From a virus: a stretch of 64,000 bases of DNA. The notes below the pieces were generated by a model. It was not told the origin of the DNA. It was given only the letters and a program-made list of their open reading frames with translations, and did no database searches. A program made the position numbers and the translations under genes. Of the stretch, positions 35,583 through 44,285 are shown piece by piece. Position 1 is the first letter of the stretch. The number at the start of each line of letters is the position of its first letter. The DNA is taken from IMG/VR virus record IMGVR_UViG_3300045988_129927; one strand, given 5' to 3'.

Positions 35583-36302
35583 TTAAGGCAGGAAGTCATC
35601 TTCAAAATCATCGAAATTATTATTACCACCACTATTAGAATTAGATTGACTATTGTTACCACCAGATTGATAGCTACGATTACCATTTGATTGGTTACTG
35701 TCTTTCTTAACGTCTGGGTCTACGAACTCTTGAACCAAAGTAGAAACAATCAGTTTCTTCATGGTTTCTACCCAAGAGAGCATATAGCAACGAGATTTCC
35801 AGCCAGCGTCAGCAGGTTCACCTGTATTAACATTATAAACTTCAATATCACGTTCAAATGTCAGAGGGAACATTACTTTGCCATGATAACCATCAAATGC
35901 TGTGAAGTAGTAAATACCTTTGTCAGTACGACCTACTTGAATAGTACCAATTTGTTTGCGTTCTGCTTTTTGCATTTCACGGGTTTTAATATAACCGTAA
36001 ACAGGACATTGTACTGTTTTCTTTTCACCATCATCTTGATGAAGTGCTAAGTCACGAAGAATATCCAAGATAGCTAAGAAAGAAGGGATTTGACCGTCTT
36101 TAAATTCCATACGGATATTTGGTTGACGTTTTGCTTTATCTTCAGTCAAACCAGTACCGATGTTCAGACGCAGTTTATTGCCAGAAACATACATTTTGCA
36201 ATAAGCTACACTTTTCTCTTCATTACGGCCCCAAAGAGTAGTCAGGTTAACGCTGGTAATATTAGGGCGATACATTGGGTTAAATTGTTGCTTTTCAGCC
36301 AT
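35583..36302 (-). CDS. candidate single-stranded nucleic-acid-binding protein: globular N-domain, S/N/G-rich linker, SSB-type acidic C-terminal tip
   Basis: The C-terminus ...SNQSNGNRSYQSGGNNSQSNSNSGGNNNFDDFEDDFLP mimics the bacterial and phage SSB disordered linker plus the DDDIPF-type tip. Codon-biased. Confidence 0.5.
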   Translation of the reverse strand: MAEKQQFNPMYRPNITSVNLTTLWGRNEEKSVAYCKMYVSGNKLRLNIGTGLTEDKAKRQPNIRMEFKDGQIPSFLAILDILRDLALHQDDGEKKTVQCPVYGYIKTREMQKAERKQIGTIQVGRTDKGIYYFTAFDGYHGKVMFPLTFERDIEVYNVNTGEPADAGWKSRCYMLSWVETMKKLIVSTLVQEFVDPDVKKDSNQSNGNRSYQSGGNNSQSNSNSGGNNNFDDFEDDFLP

Positions 36303-36366
36303 TTTCTTTTTCCTTTAAACTAAGGTTTAAATAATTGTATTCATGAATAAGTAAGTGATAAAACTA

Positions 36367-37230
36367 TTAACAGTAATCGTTTTTAATACAAGCTAATAGT
36401 CTCATTCTTAACTGATGGTCTTTAATATCAGAAATATTGTGTCTAATCTTATCCGTAGTAGTAATACTAGACCAATGATAGTCTTTAGCCATTCTGATAA
36501 TTTCTTTTTTAAACTTAGGTACTTTGGTTCTAAATAATGTACCGTCACCTAATAAAGTTAATAAGTCTAACCTAAATGGTAACTCAGGTAAATCTTTACC
36601 ATTGTAATATTTCGTATACCATAACTCTCTACCTTTGGCTTTACCTGTGTGGGTTTCGAGTAAAGTTAAATTCTTAAACTTTCTAAAAGACAATAAATCA
36701 AAAGCATAATGAGTAATCATTAGTGTATTTTGATTTTCTATATCTTCTATAAAATTATCATATATTCGTATTCTATTCGGATTGGTTAACTCTTTTGACT
36801 TATTAAACTCTGGTAAAACAATCTTTAAACAGTTTGTCATTCGTTTGGTATAAGTCTGTTGTAGTGAGGTATTATCTAATCTTAATAAAGTTTCATTATT
36901 AAAATTATCTAATTTCACATAGTTAGGACAATAGAATACAGGCTCAATACCATTTGCTTCTTCACTACAGATATCTTTAATTAAATCAATCTCACTAAAC
37001 ATAGCGTCTGCAAATTGAGCATCTGATGTTCTATCAATGTTTTCTCTATGTACTGAACCGTATATATTACGGTAGAGTGTTTTAATGTTTATCCACACTC
37101 TACCATTTCCTACATACAGTGGTTTATCGTGTTTGATAATCTCACTGGTGTTTAACATAGATTCAAATGCAAGTGATGTACCAATAGATAAAGGGAGTTG
37201 TCCTCTTTCTCTTTCATTCACATAGTTCAT
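36367..37230 (-). CDS. hypothetical protein (287 aa), translationally coupled to the upstream phosphoesterase gene
   Basis: Track ORF. The ATG lies 1 nt after the TGA stop of 37232..38368. No Walker A motif, so it is not an SbcC/Rad50-type partner. Confidence 0.75.
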   Translation of the reverse strand: MNYVNERERGQLPLSIGTSLAFESMLNTSEIIKHDKPLYVGNGRVWINIKTLYRNIYGSVHRENIDRTSDAQFADAMFSEIDLIKDICSEEANGIEPVFYCPNYVKLDNFNNETLLRLDNTSLQQTYTKRMTNCLKIVLPEFNKSKELTNPNRIRIYDNFIEDIENQNTLMITHYAFDLLSFRKFKNLTLLETHTGKAKGRELWYTKYYNGKDLPELPFRLDLLTLLGDGTLFRTKVPKFKKEIIRMAKDYHWSSITTTDKIRHNISDIKDHQLRMRLLACIKNDYC

Positions 37231-37231
37231 T

Positions 37232-38368
37232 TCAATCTTCTTTCAGAATTTCATTTAAGTAATTTGGAATGGTTTTAATCACTTGTGGTGAATATCCTTT
37301 TTGTTCAGCTTTTAAGAGAATCAACTCTTCGATATTATCAGGATTAATAACCAATGGAACATAATCATTTTCAATACTAAATACTTCTTCTTGATTAGCA
37401 ATGATAGATTTATCCGTATTGACTTTAATCGACCAATAAATATCAATGTTTTCCATTTTTAAAACCATGAATGTTTTATCTAAAGAAATAGGGTGTCCTT
37501 GTTCACATTCTATCCTGACTCTAGATAGTGGTGACAATGATTCCACATTTCTTTTGATTTTATCAAAGGAATCTTGTAATGAAAGCCCAGTAATATTAAT
37601 GGTCTTATAAATAGTTGCTGTTTTATTCTCAATGAATTTTGCTTTAAATTCACCTGATGGTTGTAGAATAATTTCTATATAGCCCTTGGGCTCTTCTTCA
37701 CCATGTGTTAATCTAGAAAAACTACCTGGGGCAATAATCTTACCCTTAGAGGAATGTTTGTGGATATGACCAATAATAATTGGACCTTTTACGATATTCT
37801 CGTAATCTTCCTCATTGTGTTTGTGGTCTGGAGCTAATTCTGGTAATTGATATTGAAAACAACCATGCATAATTGCAAAGTCTACTTGTTCAATATTGTG
37901 TTGTTTTAATTTCTCTTGTACAATACTGAATGTTTCTTGAGGAGTTGTTCTTGGTCTATCTGGTACAAATAATACATTGACATCGTATTTAGAAATATAC
38001 ACGATATCAATGGTATCTACCAAAATAACTTCAGCATCGATCTTAGCTTCTTTGTTAATATGTAAAAACTTCTGAATCTGTCCTGCATCATGTAGCGGTG
38101 TACCATCTACAATACAAAATACAATATCATGGTCTTTACAATATCGTAACAAGTAATACATAGTGACTTCTGTATCAATAGCGTCTTGATGGTTATTGGG
38201 TAATAACTTATCATACCAGTCGCCATCTAATACCAGAATATCTGTACCTGCTGCATCTTTACCATAGGGGAAACACTCACGTATCTCTTCTGAAATTTTA
38301 ATAGTAGGCGTAGAAGAGTGTCCATTGTGGACATCACCGAATGCTTTAATTTTAAGTGGTCTTAACAT
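37232..38368 (-). CDS. SbcD/Mre11-type calcineurin-like metallophosphoesterase (nuclease candidate)
   Basis: GDVHNGH is motif I. LDGDWYD is motif II (GDxxD). DGTPLHD is motif III-like. AIMHG is motif IV. IGHIHKH is motif V (GHxH). Confidence 0.7.
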   Translation of the reverse strand: MLRPLKIKAFGDVHNGHSSTPTIKISEEIRECFPYGKDAAGTDILVLDGDWYDKLLPNNHQDAIDTEVTMYYLLRYCKDHDIVFCIVDGTPLHDAGQIQKFLHINKEAKIDAEVILVDTIDIVYISKYDVNVLFVPDRPRTTPQETFSIVQEKLKQHNIEQVDFAIMHGCFQYQLPELAPDHKHNEEDYENIVKGPIIIGHIHKHSSKGKIIAPGSFSRLTHGEEEPKGYIEIILQPSGEFKAKFIENKTATIYKTINITGLSLQDSFDKIKRNVESLSPLSRVRIECEQGHPISLDKTFMVLKMENIDIYWSIKVNTDKSIIANQEEVFSIENDYVPLVINPDNIEELILLKAEQKGYSPQVIKTIPNYLNEILKED

Positions 38369-38406
38369 TGGACACTTCCTTTTAAACTAATATTCAGAAA
38401 TGGTTT

Positions 38407-39051
38407 TTAGTAAGAAATAAATGGATTAGATTCACCATTTACCACATCATCTTCACTATTAGTTTGTTTCTCGTTGGTTTCACCTGTAGGTTTAAATAAG
38501 CCCATTTTCACAAAGAATGCATTCCATTTTGCTCGATGTGCGTCAATGACATTTTCATCAAATCTCTCTAACATACTTTCGTATAAATCTGTACGAGATT
38601 TACGTGAGATAGTTCGATAATTATCACCTGTATTATTAATGATTTCAAACTTACGACCTAATGAAGTAGTATTATCATCAATCTCTTCTACTTCTTCGTT
38701 TAACAATACATAACTGTTATTAGGATACATAGACGGTACAGTAGCAACAATGTTTCCGTTTTTATCTACTAAGTCTACTTCATTAAACGGACCACCGGCA
38801 AAGTCTAACCAGTCTTCAATACTGTATCGGTCTTCGTCAGTAACATAACCACAATGCATGGGTAAGAAGTTATCAATGTATTCTAAAACATTAATGATAG
38901 AACGAGATTCGTTTTTAAGTTTTGCTTCATTGTTTAATGCATCGACTACTGGTTTAACGCTGTTTACCATAATAGCTTGTTCATTAAACTCTTCGCCAGG
39001 ACGGACAACTGATAAGTCATTAGCTGATTCTACTAAGCTATATTCTGCCAT
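38407..39051 (-). CDS. hypothetical protein (214 aa)
   Basis: Track ORF with AAAAGGAAA SD. Confidence 0.8.
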   Translation of the reverse strand: MAEYSLVESANDLSVVRPGEEFNEQAIMVNSVKPVVDALNNEAKLKNESRSIINVLEYIDNFLPMHCGYVTDEDRYSIEDWLDFAGGPFNEVDLVDKNGNIVATVPSMYPNNSYVLLNEEVEEIDDNTTSLGRKFEIINNTGDNYRTISRKSRTDLYESMLERFDENVIDAHRAKWNAFFVKMGLFKPTGETNEKQTNSEDDVVNGESNPFISY

Positions 39052-39072
39052 TTTAATTTCCTTTTTTACTAA

Positions 39073-39561
39073 TTAACGTGGATCACGGTAATCTTCCGAG
39101 ATAGAAAAACCTGTGTTGAATTTATCCAATACATAATTGAAGATACCTTCTTTATAGATTACATTCTTCTCAAAAACAACGAATTTATCGTTATCGTAAT
39201 ATTGGACATTCATTTTAATACCCACTGCATTTTCTGCTTCTAATTCGTGGATATCTTTAATTACACCATCTACTGTAGTAACATAGACTTCAACATTCAC
39301 ACTCTCTAAATACTTTCTTAAGTATTCAGTAACACTTGTTTCTAGTTGTTCCCTAAGAGTAGAAATGTCTTCTATATTATTAGCTGCAATAGATTGATAG
39401 GTGGGTATGCTACCATAGTATAATGTAGATTGAGACGCTTCAGATGTAAAAAAATAAGCTAACAATCTATCTAGTTTATTCTTTTCACCATATTGTAACC
39501 ATCCTTCTTTATCCAAAGTAGGAACCAGTTTTAATTTTGGATTATTGCTTCTAGGTTTCAT
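39073..39561 (-). CDS. hypothetical protein (162 aa)
   Basis: Track ORF with a weak SD (AGGG). The frame is clean and packs tightly with its neighbours. Confidence 0.7.
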   Translation of the reverse strand: MKPRSNNPKLKLVPTLDKEGWLQYGEKNKLDRLLAYFFTSEASQSTLYYGSIPTYQSIAANNIEDISTLREQLETSVTEYLRKYLESVNVEVYVTTVDGVIKDIHELEAENAVGIKMNVQYYDNDKFVVFEKNVIYKEGIFNYVLDKFNTGFSISEDYRDPR

Positions 39562-39594
39562 GATTTACCCTAAAAAATAAAAGTTATAGGAAGG

Positions 39595-39622
39595 CTACTA
39601 CCACTAGTAATAGTGGTAGTAG
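39595..39622 (-). terminator. hairpin terminator
   Basis: 12-bp stem CTACTACCACTA/TAGTGGTAGTAG with loop GTAA, downstream of 39636..40262. Confidence 0.6.
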
Positions 39623-39635
39623 TCTGTATCAGATA

Positions 39636-40262
39636 TTAAAGGTATGCACCATGTAAACTAGATGGATCTTCTTCACCCTCTGAAATCATGCCATAGAATC
39701 TATTCCAGTTATTACGCACCATAACTTTCTGATTCATTAAGAGTTCAGGAAGTTCATCTAATGCGTCATTGGAATAAATGACAAATTTCTCATCGTGTTC
39801 TTCACCATCGTAATGCTCATCAGCATACTGAACCATACCATCCACCACTTGTTGATAATATGGATTGTTTTCACCTGTGAGTTTAGGGAATCTGTCTTCT
39901 TCAAATCCCCAACCTTCGATACGTCCACTACTATATTCTTTCTGGAAGTAAGGATTAGAGAGAATGTATCGTTGGTTATTACGAGATGCCACCCTAAAGT
40001 CATCAATGCTAAACATTTGGCGGATACCATCATCGAATACACCACCACTATAACGCATATTGTTTTGAGCAATATTGATAGAACGAATAGCACTGTCGTT
40101 AAATCTTTGCTGTAGTTTATCTTGAAACCACGCCGCCCCTTCACCGTATAGGTTAGTAATGTTATCAATTCTATTTTGAATAAAATTGACTGTATCCATG
40201 TTCATGGTACCGTACATATGTACACGAGCTGTATCTCTACCGCCCAAGTGTAATCTAGCCAT
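39636..40262 (-). CDS. hypothetical protein (208 aa)
   Basis: The track ORF starts at 40268, but AAAGGA abuts that ATG. The in-frame ATG at 40262 has 6-nt spacing, so it is preferred. A hairpin follows the stop. Confidence 0.75.
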   Translation of the reverse strand: MARLHLGGRDTARVHMYGTMNMDTVNFIQNRIDNITNLYGEGAAWFQDKLQQRFNDSAIRSINIAQNNMRYSGGVFDDGIRQMFSIDDFRVASRNNQRYILSNPYFQKEYSSGRIEGWGFEEDRFPKLTGENNPYYQQVVDGMVQYADEHYDGEEHDEKFVIYSNDALDELPELLMNQKVMVRNNWNRFYGMISEGEEDPSSLHGAYL

Positions 40263-40276
40263 ACTCATTCCTTTCT

Positions 40277-41812
40277 TTATGCTACAAATCTAGACATAAA
40301 GTCAGCTTGTGCTTTGGTTGGTTGTTGCTCATCGTGTAGCAATAACGTATTCGCTAAAGCCATTGCTGTTTGTTTAGAAATGGAAGTCACACCGTCTGCT
40401 TCGTAAACATTGATTAAATCACCTACTGAATACTTAGCGTCAAATGGTTCAAATGCTTTTGACATACGTTTATCCAGTACAGCTAAGAAAGTTTCTTGGT
40501 CACCATCAAAGTCACCATTATACCATGCTGCAATTTTACCAGAGGTTGAAGCAGACATATCACGCACATCTGTCTTAACACCTACTACTGGAGGAATACG
40601 TAATCGTACAATCGAACCATGTTTCAACGATGGGTTGCGGTTAATGATAATAGTAATGCCTACATTACCTTCGGAGTCTGTAGATTCACTAATCAACTCT
40701 AACATGATTTCATGTATCTTAGGGTGATAAACCTTTTGATACTTAGTCATGATTTCATTTACTCTAGCTGAAGATAAACCATACTTGTGGTATAGTTTGG
40801 CACGAATTTGTGGAGCAAACATACCCATAAACCCAATCCATGGTAAACGCACTTCTGAATAGTGGTGTGGGCCATTGATGGCAGTTACTACAAAACGACC
40901 TGTAAAGTTAGAACGTGTAGCAATAACGTGTTTACGGATTTCACCTGGTTTAGAACCCAAGAACTTAGGGTTAATTTCCATAGATTGATATTCACTAAAA
41001 TAGCTCAAGAACTTAGAAGCTCTGGCTAATTTGGTTTTAGTAGAAATACCACCACGGACATTATCCTCATTGTCAATACCTACCATTAAACGAATAGCTC
41101 GCAATAGTTTTGGTGTACTTGGGTCAATCCACTTTTTACCATTTGAGTTTTCAATAATGGTAACAGCTTTATTTGGGATTTGAATATATTGCTGCCAAAC
41201 AATATCTCGATTTTCTTTGAAAAGTTTTAGCAATGCTTCACCAGATACTGAAGTCGTATCGGAACTGCGTCTAAATTCTTTTTCTGTTAAAAGTAAATGA
41301 ATATAAGTATCGAAGTTATCGTAAAAGTGCTGATAATCTCGAACATTTAAACCTAATTCATCTAGTCTTTGTAACATCATCGAAATAGATTTGGTGAACT
41401 TTGTTACCTTAGGTTTATACGTAGGGTCAGTTAACCATTGCAACAAATTAAACTTATAGGTCGAACGTTCCAAATACGTTTGTAATTGAAACCACAACAT
41501 TGGATTCATCAATGCAGGAACACCAATTGGCGCACGTACCCACATTTTATTATCTAAGTCGGTAGATACGACCTCTTCTGCGACCGAATCACATTTACTA
41601 CATCGTACACCTTTGTAGATGTTCATTGAAAGTGCACCACATTGACAACTAGGGATATTGTCAAATGCTTCACCTACTTCCAACATCAATAAACTATTTA
41701 CAATCGCTTTGTCACGTATCGTGCGATTAGATAATTCATTGATGACGATTTTAGTGTGATGGGTTCTATTAAATAGCTCATCTGAGCTAATGTATTTTAA
41801 ATGTACACCCAT
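40277..41812 (-). CDS. multisubunit RNA polymerase beta-prime-like subunit, N-terminal fragment with the catalytic Asp triad
   Basis: CQCGALSMNIYKGVRCSKCDSV matches the beta-prime N-terminal Zn finger (CxCG...CxxC). YNGDFDGDQETF matches NADFDGDQM. GAGAGG SD. Confidence 0.85.
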   Translation of the reverse strand: MGVHLKYISSDELFNRTHHTKIVINELSNRTIRDKAIVNSLLMLEVGEAFDNIPSCQCGALSMNIYKGVRCSKCDSVAEEVVSTDLDNKMWVRAPIGVPALMNPMLWFQLQTYLERSTYKFNLLQWLTDPTYKPKVTKFTKSISMMLQRLDELGLNVRDYQHFYDNFDTYIHLLLTEKEFRRSSDTTSVSGEALLKLFKENRDIVWQQYIQIPNKAVTIIENSNGKKWIDPSTPKLLRAIRLMVGIDNEDNVRGGISTKTKLARASKFLSYFSEYQSMEINPKFLGSKPGEIRKHVIATRSNFTGRFVVTAINGPHHYSEVRLPWIGFMGMFAPQIRAKLYHKYGLSSARVNEIMTKYQKVYHPKIHEIMLELISESTDSEGNVGITIIINRNPSLKHGSIVRLRIPPVVGVKTDVRDMSASTSGKIAAWYNGDFDGDQETFLAVLDKRMSKAFEPFDAKYSVGDLINVYEADGVTSISKQTAMALANTLLLHDEQQPTKAQADFMSRFVA

Positions 41813-41912
41813 TGAATTACCTCTCTTTAAATTCCTAGTTTCCTTATATAAAAGCAGTATAAACTACTCAAATATATCGAATCTTGAAAAATTATACAAA
41901 ATAAAAATAAAA

Positions 41913-41944
41913 TACTACCGAAGGGTTTTATCCCCTCGGCAGTA
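41913..41944 (-). terminator. hairpin terminator after the chimallin candidate
   Basis: 13-bp stem. Two positions are A.C on the plus strand but G.U on the minus strand, so it folds completely only as minus-strand RNA. Confidence 0.6.
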
Positions 41945-41967
41945 TCTACTTCTATTTCAGAAGGTAA

Positions 41968-43953
41968 TTAGTAGTTGTTACCACTAGCGTTTACGGCACT
42001 ACTCCAGCGTGCACCAAACAGAGAGCTACGTTGTGTGTTGCTTGAAGTTTGGTTAGACAGGATAGAACGACCCAAAGATTCAATCATTGCTGCGCCAATG
42101 TAGTTTGCAAACATGGTTTGACCGAAGTTAGCCACAGCGTTGCGGTTAATCAGACGTGGGCCTACTTCCAACATACATTGATGTACAGCGCGAGCGTAGA
42201 TGTTTTCAATTTCCAAACGTACACCGTAACCTACGATACGAGCGTGTGGCAACAGAGTACCTACGATTTCTTGTTGAATACCAATGCCTTGTTGTACTTC
42301 CAGTCGCACGTCAGATTGAGCACCTACCAATGCACGAGTGAATTCCAGGTTTTCTTTAATGCCGTTAACGTTATTGTCCAAGAACAAACGGTCAACGTCT
42401 TGCAGAGAACGCAATTCGTTAGTTTGTGCATTGTGGTATTGACCTACCAGGTAACGACGATTTGGCAGAGTAAACACCACACGACCAGTACCACCCAAAG
42501 AAGAGTAAACTTCTTTAAAGCGACCGCCGAACAAGTGGTTAGTTACAGCCAAGATTTTAGCATTTTCAGAATCAGGTTGTACTGCAACATGGTCTTCTTC
42601 AAACGCTGCGTTTACAAAGTCAGCCATCATCCATTCAGTAGGAGTACCCAAACCTACATCGATTGCAAATGATGTAGAATCCAAGAAGTAACGACCAATG
42701 ATGTCCAAGTAATCATTTTCAGATACATTTGGGTCAGTGGCTGGAGTTGGGAATGGGGCGAACTCAGGCAGACGGAACATTTCAGAGGCTTCGTAACCCA
42801 AACCTGCGATTGAATGCTGCCAATCGTTAGGATGTTTCAGTGGGTTCAATGCTTCGTAGATGTACCAGTAGTCTGCAAATGTAGCGCCAATACCTACACC
42901 CAATGCATAGATGATATTACCCAAAGATTGTGCGCGAGTTGGCATCAAGCTGGTAAATACATTTACTGGCAAGAAGATTTGCTCGTCAGTAGATTGAGCC
43001 AATTTCTTACGTGCCCATGGAGAGTCAACGTGAGTAGTGTTGGCTGGGTTTACCATTACTACGTCAGTGTAACCACAGATAGAGAATACTTCTTTAGCTA
43101 CAGAGCCACCTACAAAACCTACATTGTTTTGTTGTACTTGGCGAGCATTTACAACATGTTGCCAATCAGCACGAACTGGGTTACCGTGGAAGTCTTTAAT
43201 CACACCACCAAGCAGCTTGCGTTCTACTTCGAGGGTTTCTTTCTTGTTGTCGTATTCCAACAAGTTAATATCCTCAAGCTTACCTTGTGCTTCGTTAAAT
43301 GCAGCGAATGCTTTCAGGGTACATGCGTTAATTGCATTCAGAAGAGCTGGTTGAATTTCTTTCTTGTCTTCGAAGTTTACGAAGTCAGTGAAGATTGGGC
43401 AACCACCAGCGAATACAACATCATTAGTACCCAAGCAATCACGAGCAGCTTGCAACAAGAATTGTACAATGTTGTCAGCTTCGAAGATTTGAGATGGGAA
43501 TGTATTGATTGTGTACGCACGTTGGCCTGGTGCATTTTGAGTGGTTTCAGTAGTCAGAGTAGAATCTGATGTACAGATTACCAGTGCATAAACGCCATGA
43601 GGGCCTTTCAGTTCTGTGTCACGGGTAGTAACCAAGAGGATGTCCATACCAAGGTCATGGTTGTTTCGGTCGAGTGGGTAGAAACCCAGTTCCAGTCGGT
43701 TAGATTGGGTGCTCTCTTTGATGATGGTTTTCATTTGTTCAACCATCTTCATCAAGCCATCGTTTACGACGGTGAAGGTAGAACCGAACAAACCTTCTTG
43801 AGAAGCGAATGTAAAGCCAGTGCGTTTAGGTTGTTGGCTTTGTGTGTTGTTGCTGGTAGTGTTACCAGAGTTGCTGTTACCGGCGATTTTGCCGATGTCT
43901 TCCATGCTATTAACGGAAGGTTGTTGTGGTTGGCGTTTGTCATTAATTGCCAT
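41968..43953 (-). CDS. candidate phage-nucleus shell protein (chimallin/ChmA-like), 661 aa
   Basis: It sits immediately upstream of, and co-oriented with, the beta-prime N-terminal gene, as for gp54/gp55 in phiKZ. The size is about 70 kDa. It has the strongest codon bias in the window. It has a low-complexity N-terminal ~45 aa and a C-terminal tail. A promoter motif lies upstream. No direct homology check was possible. Confidence 0.5.
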   Translation of the reverse strand: MAINDKRQPQQPSVNSMEDIGKIAGNSNSGNTTSNNTQSQQPKRTGFTFASQEGLFGSTFTVVNDGLMKMVEQMKTIIKESTQSNRLELGFYPLDRNNHDLGMDILLVTTRDTELKGPHGVYALVICTSDSTLTTETTQNAPGQRAYTINTFPSQIFEADNIVQFLLQAARDCLGTNDVVFAGGCPIFTDFVNFEDKKEIQPALLNAINACTLKAFAAFNEAQGKLEDINLLEYDNKKETLEVERKLLGGVIKDFHGNPVRADWQHVVNARQVQQNNVGFVGGSVAKEVFSICGYTDVVMVNPANTTHVDSPWARKKLAQSTDEQIFLPVNVFTSLMPTRAQSLGNIIYALGVGIGATFADYWYIYEALNPLKHPNDWQHSIAGLGYEASEMFRLPEFAPFPTPATDPNVSENDYLDIIGRYFLDSTSFAIDVGLGTPTEWMMADFVNAAFEEDHVAVQPDSENAKILAVTNHLFGGRFKEVYSSLGGTGRVVFTLPNRRYLVGQYHNAQTNELRSLQDVDRLFLDNNVNGIKENLEFTRALVGAQSDVRLEVQQGIGIQQEIVGTLLPHARIVGYGVRLEIENIYARAVHQCMLEVGPRLINRNAVANFGQTMFANYIGAAMIESLGRSILSNQTSSNTQRSSLFGARWSSAVNASGNNY

Positions 43954-44054
43954 TTTGATTTCCTTTTCTTAAGAATGTTAAATTAAGCTTAATTAAACAC
44001 GGCTGTATTAGCCTTGTTTGTAATATGTAATATTGACATCAATACTACCTACTA

Positions 44055-44072
44055 CACTTTAATGATATATTA
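44055..44072 (-). promoter_or_regulatory. early-type promoter motif (divergent copy)
   Basis: TAATATATCATTAAAGTG, 102 nt upstream of the ATG at 43953. The leader hairpin at 44027-44048 is complete only as minus-strand RNA (one G.U pair). Confidence 0.4.
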
Positions 44073-44285
44073 CCATAATTTTTTTAAATACATTAAAAAT
44101 TAATGTTTTCTCATGTATATAATAAAATAGATATTATATCTCCTAGGGTCGATACTCTCATGAGTATCTAATTCGTACATATTCATATATAGGTATATTC
44201 AAGTTTTATCTTAGTATAATAAATAATAAAATCTTATGATGATACTTTTATTCTATTACCTATTTAAATAAGAAAGACTATAAAT

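Noticed and set aside
42049-43986. Long plus-strand ORFs (207, 251, 129, 76 and 61 aa) antisense to the chimallin candidate.
   Set aside because: None has an SD. They tile the antisense strand of a strongly codon-biased gene, where the biased codon choice removes antisense stops. Their products are low-complexity (V/Q/F/T-rich).
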